From Phallusia mammillata (lineage: Eukaryota): 64,000 nt of DNA. The notes below the pieces were generated by a model. That model searched no databases. It saw nothing but the letters and a program-made list of their open reading frames with translations, and was not told the DNA's origin. Location: assembly GCA_965637545.1 (NCBI GenBank), contig OZ281499.1, positions 25,482,001-25,546,000 on the forward strand, written 5' to 3'. Positions within the stretch are counted from its first letter, which is position 1, and every line of letters begins with the position of its first letter. Below are positions 52,601-64,000 of this stretch, piece after piece. Both the position numbers and the translations under genes were made by a program.

Positions 52601-54696
52601 TGGTTAACTTCTGCATAACATTCATTTCCCTCTGCACCCAATTGTTGCCAACTTCCAGGATAAGAATTTAGTCCACTTAATTCTATAGAGAAAATGTATC
52701 AATTAAATCTTAAAATGCAAGTTGAATGTCAATTTACTATAGCTGCATCAAAGCTAGGATTCAAAGATCTATTTTTAAATCAGCTCATTGCAGTCATACC
52801 CACCCACAACAATGTGTACCGTATTTACTCGATTGTAAGCCGCCCTCGATTATAAGACGCACAAACGGCAGCTAAAAAACAATATAAGCCGCGGCTTACA
52901 ATCGAGTAAATACGGTATATGCTTTTTCAAATCAACGGTAAATTTAAAAAAGTACTGCGGTTTGTATTAGAGTTACAAACAAGCTTTTAAATAGATATGT
53001 TGAACTGTATTTCCTGTAAGAATGTTCAGTGTTGCTCTCACTAATAAACAAATTGTTTTTTCTTTTAAAAGGTGAAATGAAGATGCTCTGGTTTTTTAAC
53101 TTAAATGAGTTCAGCTACAAAACAAATAATTATGGAAAGGAAAGTTAAAACAATGGAAATCAAACATGTACATTATTTTTAAATTGTGGGGATTGTGATT
53201 ACCTGGAGTAGCTTTACAACAATGCGAAGTTGATTGTACTTCACTTTCATTCACATGCGAAGGTTTTTGTTCAATTTTTCTCTTTTTCGAGTTCTTTTTT
53301 TGCTTTTCTGTGAAAAAAACTATAAGGTTGCACATCCTAAACAATAAGCAAGAAACAAAATCACTATGTCGGTGAAGTTTAAAAAGGAAATTTTTAAAAG
53401 AAACTAACAAAATAAGAAGGAAAAAGGGTTCCTATGACCTACACAGTAAATGGTGTCAATATTACACTAACAACTAGGTCCAATTAAATGTGAACCATTT
53501 TTTAACAAGTTTGAAATACAACATCACTGTTTTGAACAATTTTTGTTTCTTGTCACAATTTTTGAACCTTTAGCTTCTTTGTGAGTCAATCTTTTATAAA
53601 CTCTGTAGTTTCCAGTTTGTAGCTTCTCTACTCTGCGTTCTTTTACTTCCTCAAAGTCATTGGATTTGCTGAGAACACTTCGAAAGTTGCTTTTGAGTTT
53701 GGCCCAAGGCATTCCTGGTTCATAAGTTCCACGGTGAATGGCCCAGGCCTAATTTAAATTATATATTTCAAAAACTGCCTACATACAAAATATTTAAATG
53801 TGACACATGTTCAGCTTTATATTTATGATTTGTATCATTGTAAAAAATATTAAAAGTGATGCTGGGCCAAAGCCATTTTTTTAGTTCCAAGCAGTTGGTC
53901 AATGTTGAAGCAGTTCCTCTGTGGTTCATACCTTGTTGTGGCATTTAACAGTTAGTGTGTGGCTTTTGTGCTTGGTGCTCCTAAAACAATTTTGTGAGTG
54001 CTGTGATGCTCTTTTAGCCAACAGTTCCTGTTTTGTTGCCAGTTGCATGAGACATTATGGGTCGAACAGTGTTCAGTGCCTAAATCAGTGGTTCTCAAAC
54101 TTTTTTTGTTGTGACGCCACTGGATAAGTTTTTTGGACTTGCGACGCACCAGCAAATAAAAGTTAATGAGGAAACTTTTTATTAAAGTTGAGTTAAATGA
54201 TACAACAACAATAAGCCACGAAACGAATATTCTGCGACACCCTTGGAAAATTCAAACAGCGCACCAGGGCCTCGCGACACACAGTTTGAGAACTACTGGC
54301 CTAAATGTTTCCTGGTTCATTTAATTAAAATACCCATCAAAAAGCACTATACTTTCCACAAGTTGCACAGATTCAGTGTGGCACCCATAATTGCCATAAA
54401 TCACAGACAAAAATACTACAGGTGCACTTTTTCATTAGTGGTTTTTGTATAACAATAAATCATTTATGGAGCCACCCAAAAACAAGTTACCAACACAACC
54501 GAAATCGTTTTAAAACCTTAAAAAGTTCGTATTCCTTCTCCCAGTTCGGATCTTGATCTTTTTTGTTCCATGGAATTCGGAAATAAACCTGTTCCACTGG
54601 ATTTTCCCATCTCAAGTTCAAAATGTCTCTCCCATCCAACTTTCTACTCAGCCAAGGTCGGAGTGAAGTTTTAAATTCAGACTCTGGCTCCGACAT
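49675..54696 (-). CDS. IRF: Interferon regulatory factor-like protein, proximal copy (530 aa)
   Basis: Coding exons (minus) 54696-54517, 53748-53568, 53307-53203, 52682-52600, 52203-51993, 51714-51658, 51473-51408, 51224-51162, 50684-50490, 50126-49675; 1593 nt. A likely non-coding exon ends at 55002 (donor GTAAGA), with the acceptor at 54704. Confidence 0.86.
50774..50924. mobile_element. Hammerhead-ribozyme repeat family, two-arm inverted element in an IRF intron
   Basis: Minus 50825-50774: AGCTGCA CTGATGA AACC TTGTA GCTC GAAA CAGTCTGCACT GTC TGCAGCT. Plus 50878-50924: AGCTGCA TTGATGA GACC TTAT GGGC AGAAA TGTACT GTC TGTAGTT. Confidence 0.8.
52819..52915. mobile_element. 97-bp Tc1/mariner(pogo)-type MITE, apparently young
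   Basis: Perfect 25-bp TIRs CCGTATTTACTCGATTGTAAGCCGC; TA on both sides. Confidence 0.92.
54086..54298. mobile_element. hAT-superfamily MITE
   Basis: TIRs CAGTGGTTCTCAAAC / GTTTGAGAACTACTG; perfect 8-bp TSD GCCTAAAT. Confidence 0.92.
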
Positions 54697-55001
54697 TTTA
54701 GTTCTGTATTAAAGTTGAAGTTTTTGGTAGTTAAGAAAACTTTTACAGGGTTAATATTTTTCTGCTCTAGAGAGGTCTAGAATCAAAATGCTTGAAATGT
54801 TCTACTTGTTCTACTTATTGTTTTTTGTTTAGGTTTATCTGTTATGATGAGTTAAAGTAAGACCGAAGATTTAAAACAATGCCATTACGAATGCATTGTG
54901 AGTTTACAACAATTAAAAAACCTTTCCAGCAAAATATTTATTAGGGCTTCAGTTGATTTACTACTTACAGTATTGCTTACAAAAGTTTTACATTTTCTTA
55001 C

Positions 55002-55340
55002 CTCGTTTTGGAATACCGCGCCCAAAAGCAGCTTCAAATAATCAAATGGGCAATTTCGGAAAAGGGAACCTAGCTGGATAAAATCGAACGTTTCTGCGTT
55101 GCAAGCCGTAATTCCGGGTTAATTTAAACCTTGTTTGCGTGGGTGAACGCGTACTTTCCCTTTAGCTTTCTTTGCGCCTACGCAATGTCGCTACCTGGGC
55201 TGTACACATCGGTTAATTGAGCCGGGAACATTGAAAAAACACCTGACGGTGAGAAAATGTTTTCGCCCGTGGGGATTCCCCGTATTTTGTCAATAATGCC
55301 AGTGACGTAATGTGCACTCGGCTGAAACGGGAAGCTTGCG
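55002..55340. promoter_or_regulatory. CpG-rich divergent promoter (IRF cluster / SRP19) with NF-kB, ISRE-like and CRE-like motifs
   Basis: GGGGATTCCCC at 55271-55281; minus-strand GAAAGC-TAAAGG-GAAAGT at 55170-55153; GAAACGGGAAGC at 55324-55335; TGACGTAA at 55303-55310. Confidence 0.6.
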
Positions 55341-55930
55341 TCATATTTCCTTGTTTAAAACAGGCCTAAACTGTGGTTTAGAACTAAACTGTGGATGTGA
55401 TGTGTTCACAATATTTTTCAGCAATGTTTATGGCGATTTAAATGTTGGCGATTGAACCAGAACTCCAAAAAACATATACCAAGATCATTTTAGCTTTAAC
55501 TTAACAAAATTATGTAGTCCTTTTTACATGATTTTTATTGTGCATTGACAGAAAATTCGAATTAAAGCATTTGTGCCTTTAAAACAAAAAAAAAATAAAA
55601 AAAATATTTTTAAATCTTTAACGTATCATCTATGGGTACGCTTAGCCATGCATCAAATAACAGATTACGTAGCGGTACAGTTCACATTTGTTGGCTAATT
55701 GACTCACACAATTTTGCTAGTTTTTAAGTTTGGATGGTATTTTGTTAGCTTTGTTTAGAAAAAGCGCTTTGTACAGAAATAACGTTGTAGATCAGACAAA
55801 TTTGTTTTTAATTATGTTTTTTAATCAAAGTTCCATCCATAAATGCATTTTGAGTTGAAAACCAACACAAACGTTAGTTTGGTGTTTTTGATTATTTTTT
55901 TAACATTTTAAAGGTTTAGTTGAAAAAAAT

Positions 55931-56356
55931 ATGGCGTCTACATCGCAAATTTGTGTTGACAAGCATTTATGCATTTACCCTGCTTATCTAAACAGCAAGA
56001 AAACGCTTGCCAATGGACGTCGTGTGCCCAAAGAAAAAGGTTGTGAAAACCCAACTTGCAACGAAATTAAAGACGTTTGTGCCTCAGCTGGTCTTAAACC
56101 CATCGTGGAAAACAAACTCTACCCTCGTGAACTGTACAGAGGCGATGCACTGTACCGAGGAAGAATTCGTGTGATGCTGAAAAACCCTGATGGAAGTTTG
56201 GTGAATGATATGATTCCCGACAAAAAGTCGCTTTTATTGTATCTTGGCTCCATGATTCCGAAACTGAAAACTCGAACACAGAAGGGCGCCTCCGGTGACA
56301 ATGTTTCTGGGCAAAGTCAGTCAAAATCAAAGAAGGGACAAAAGAAGCGAAGATAA
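55931..56356 (+). CDS. SRP19: Signal recognition particle 19 kDa protein, intronless CDS (141 aa)
   Basis: CIYPAYLNSKKTLANGRRVPKEKGCENPT...YPRE...RGRIRVMLKNPDGS...LGSMIPKLKTR and a basic C-terminal tail. Confidence 0.97.
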   Translation: MASTSQICVDKHLCIYPAYLNSKKTLANGRRVPKEKGCENPTCNEIKDVCASAGLKPIVENKLYPRELYRGDALYRGRIRVMLKNPDGSLVNDMIPDKKSLLLYLGSMIPKLKTRTQKGASGDNVSGQSQSKSKKGQKKRR

Positions 56357-57107
56357 CTTCTCAATGTTTTGTATGTGATTTGGTGAATGGAGAAAACTGC
56401 AATTGTTGCAGAGATTTTGTTTTCTAACTTTTTCTAAGGGATCGTTAGCATTTGGATCACATTTTCAGATTAATTTTAAGTGCTGTTTGTAAAGGTGCAA
56501 TTCTCTGTCTTAACTGTTGCAGGAAATGCAAGTAAACATTAATATTTGACTATTCTGCCACAAAGCACTGCATTTTTTTCTTGTTTATTCAAACTAACAT
56601 GGATGTTTATAAATTTTAATTGATCAACTATGTTGGGGGTGCAAAACCTGTCTGCGAAACTCAGTCCTTGGTAAAGGTTGTCTGGCTTGCAGAGACGTTT
56701 GGAATTGGAATATGGATGATGTCAAGCCAGCTAAACCAATTCAGTGCTCGCTATTTCAAATTTCTGTTTCTGAGCAGCATAATGTGTCCATTTCTATATT
56801 TCTGCAACGAAACATTGCTGCTAGAACTGCTTATGAATTTTACTGGTACATGTTGACTCAATATAGATGTGTTTTATATGTAACAACATTAAGTCAATTT
56901 GTGTCATATGAAAATGCACCTGTGTAATGTTAATTGTATTTGGCCTATAATGGATAAATGTTGCACACACCTACACTATTTCATGTATGAAAGTGTGCTG
57001 TCTGATGCAAAAACGTTGTCCAAACCAAACATTTTTTTTCATACTTTACTGTATTGTGTTTATTCAAAGAAGTGAAATAAAGAACAGCAAAAGAATTCCT
57101 TGCTAAG

Positions 57108-61946
<4,839 letters not shown>

Positions 61947-62422
61947 AACGAAGTTATACAACTTCCTATGGCAACAAAATATTGCAATGTTTTTGGGAAC
62001 AACTATAGCATTAACAGTTAACACTTCGTCTGTATTCTCGACGCACGTGACAAAACACTCTTTTTAACACACGTGCGATTTCCAAAGTTTGTTTACGGTA
62101 CTTGTGATTTCTTTTAATTTTATGTTTTAGTAGTAAAGGCATGTAAAAGTCAATATATTATTGCCAATATTTGAAGCAGCATCAAAATAAATAATAATAT
62201 ATTTTCAAAATTGAATTGTGTTATATCTGTCACATAATCACAAACATGTATTAAAAAGTATCTTGGTTAAAAAATTGGACCTATATCAGAAGTTACGACA
62301 TGATTTTTGTACAGAATTAATTACTAATGCAATTAAATTTCAAGAAACTACCCACGTGGGATAAATTATTACGTCACTATGTTTTAGTGGAGCGTGACTA
62401 CAGGCGTCAGATGCATTGTGGG

Positions 62423-62431
62423 TCCTCTTTC
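62423..62431 (+). promoter_or_regulatory. TCT/5'TOP-type initiator of RPS18
   Basis: TCCTCTTTC about 40 nt upstream of the RPS18 ATG; typical of ribosomal protein gene start sites. Confidence 0.65.
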
Positions 62432-62464
62432 GCGAATGCGCTGCTGAAGAACACTTTGTTCATC

Positions 62465-62923
62465 ATGGCTCTCGTTATTCCTGAGAAATTCCAGCATATC
62501 TTGCGTATCCAGAACACAAACATCGATGGCAGACGTAACATCATGTTCGCCATGACCGCCATCAAAGGCGTGGGTCGACGATTCAGCAATTTAATCTGCA
62601 AAAAGGCCGATGTCGATCTGTCAAAACGCGCCGGCGAGCTGACCGACGACGAAATCGACCGCGTTGTCACAATTATGCAGAATCCGCGCCAGTATAAGAT
62701 CCCAGACTGGTTTCTCAATCGTCAGAAGGATGCCAGAGATGGAAAGTTCAGTCAGGTTTTGTCCAATCAGCTGGATAACAAGCTCCGAGAAGATTTGGAA
62801 CGCATGAAGAAGATTCGTGCTCACAGGGGTCTTCGTCACTACTGGGGTCTCCGTGTTCGCGGTCAACACACCAAAACCACCGGACGACGTGGTCGCACTG
62901 TTGGTGTGTCTAAGAAGAAGTAA
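62465..62923 (+). CDS. RPS18: 40S ribosomal protein S18 (uS13), intronless (152 aa)
   Basis: [24 protein letters not shown]...[12 protein letters not shown]...[33 protein letters not shown]; canonical length from ATG 62465. Confidence 0.99.
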   Translation: MALVIPEKFQHILRIQNTNIDGRRNIMFAMTAIKGVGRRFSNLICKKADVDLSKRAGELTDDEIDRVVTIMQNPRQYKIPDWFLNRQKDARDGKFSQVLSNQLDNKLREDLERMKKIRAHRGLRHYWGLRVRGQHTKTTGRRGRTVGVSKKK

Positions 62924-63192
62924 ACAATGACCTTCTTTCACTGAAAAATTGCTGCAATTTTATAAATTATGCGGCAGGTTTCTGCAACACACTTTGGTGG
63001 TGAATTGTTTCTTACAAAACTGTTGACATGACTATACTTTATCTTTATTTGAATATCCCTTGTGATGTGAACATTTATTTTGCTTTGACTTTGAGGCAAA
63101 GTATTGGTTATACGTATGGTGTACAATTGCATGTTGCTGCATCAAAATATCCGAACTTCAAATGTCCATTAAGCAGGTGGTGTGAGGCCAAT

Positions 63193-63317
63193 CCAATGTC
63201 ACACCAAAAATGTTCATTGTGGTGGTATAGAGTTTGGCACCGGTCAAAAGTACAAATAGTATTTTTGCACTGTGGCAAATTTGTATCACTTGCAATGAAA
63301 AATTGGTGTGACATTGG
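63193..63317. repeat. 15-bp perfect inverted repeat in the RPS18-PDHA1 spacer
   Basis: CCAATGTCACACCAA (63193-63207) and TTGGTGTGACATTGG (63303-63317). Confidence 0.7.
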
Positions 63318-63556
63318 ACTCGGCTCAGACCACTTTCTGATAGACATTTGAGATTCCGACATTTTTGATGTATAGGCTTTCAAATGTCATGTTGCTGGTC
63401 CTGTGTTGTGATAGATGGTGTTTGTTGTTTCCCGATATTAATGTCGTGTTCTTCAGTTAGTAATGACTCATGAAACTGTCATTGTTTTGTTGCAGGCTTC
63501 TGATAAGGTTTAATAATTACTTAGTAACACACTGATGTGATCCTATAATTGTTTCC

Positions 63557-64000
63557 ATGGCTTTACGCAAATCTTTCTCCGTTTTGCTGCAAGGAGTCAA
63601 GCAAAACACGAAGGTATGATGACTTAGTGTGTATAAATGATACTTATGTTGGACCCTCTTTCTGATAAGCCCTGTTTTAGCCACACAGTATATACTGGGT
63701 CTGAATTGTTTGTTCATTTTGATTACTGTCTTATTTTTCTGCTTGCTATAATTTAAAAATTGTAGGTATTTAACACAGATTTTTTCAAAAGTTTAAAATA
63801 ACAGAATAAGTGTGCTTCTGTACTTTTTGTCGTTTAAATTGTCCTTTGTTTTGCAATCACAGGTCCTTTCCACAAATTTGCATCGTAATTATTCCAGTGA
63901 ATCAACTTTTTCAGTGAAACCCTATGATTTGCACAAACTTGAACAAGGCCCAAATTCCACAGTCTCCTGCACAAAAGATGATGCCATCAAATATTATACG
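63557..64000 (+). CDS. PDHA1: Pyruvate dehydrogenase E1 alpha, 5' part (runs out of window)
   Basis: Exon 63557-63613 (MALRKSFSVLLQGVKQNTK, transit-peptide-like) and exon 63863->64000 (VLSTNLHRNYSSESTFSVKPYDLHKLEQGPNSTVSCTKDDAIKYYT), matching from memory the PDHA N-terminus DATF.IK..DLHRLEEGP....LTREDGLKYY. Confidence 0.88.

Noticed and set aside
56655-56700. Hammerhead-like GAAAC-TCA-GTC plus hairpin in the SRP19 3' UTR
   Set aside because: No CUGANGA core in the required position.
62327-62464. 46-aa N-terminal extension of RPS18 in the ORF track
   Set aside because: It begins upstream of the TCT initiator; the ATG at 62465 gives the canonical 152 aa.

Overview
AT-rich, compact, intron-containing animal genomic DNA. 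A tunicate/ascidian-like genome is my inference, from splice acceptors just upstream of most start codons, short same-strand spacers and an IRF expansion; the species cannot be determined here. Gene order: 3' end of a CIN85/CD2AP-like adaptor (+); a CRE-motif-dense CpG-rich intergenic block; an ankyrin/armadillo protein of the ANKAR family (+, 15 coding exons); four tandem arylsulfatase G-like genes (+; copies 1, 3 and 4 intact, copy 2 a pseudogene); three tandem divergent IRF genes (-); intronless SRP19 (+); RIOX2/MINA53 (-); intronless RPS18 (+); and the start of PDHA1 (+). All exon models were built by hand from GT/GC-AG sites and checked for frame. The most striking non-genic signal is a small repeat family whose ~70-bp terminal inverted repeats are type I hammerhead ribozyme folds (5 arms in 3 introns; the consensus is a canonical core with GUC cleavage site, but every individual arm carries at least one core or stem defect). 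Other highlights: a palindromic tRNA-derived SINE-like composite; a 20-bp minisatellite built of TCATGTGA (MITF/TFEB-type) boxes inside a lysosomal sulfatase gene; gene-conversion mosaics plus one hypervariable loop in the sulfatase array; and an IRF triplet that appears to have a single NF-kB/ISRE/CRE promoter and may be polycistronic.
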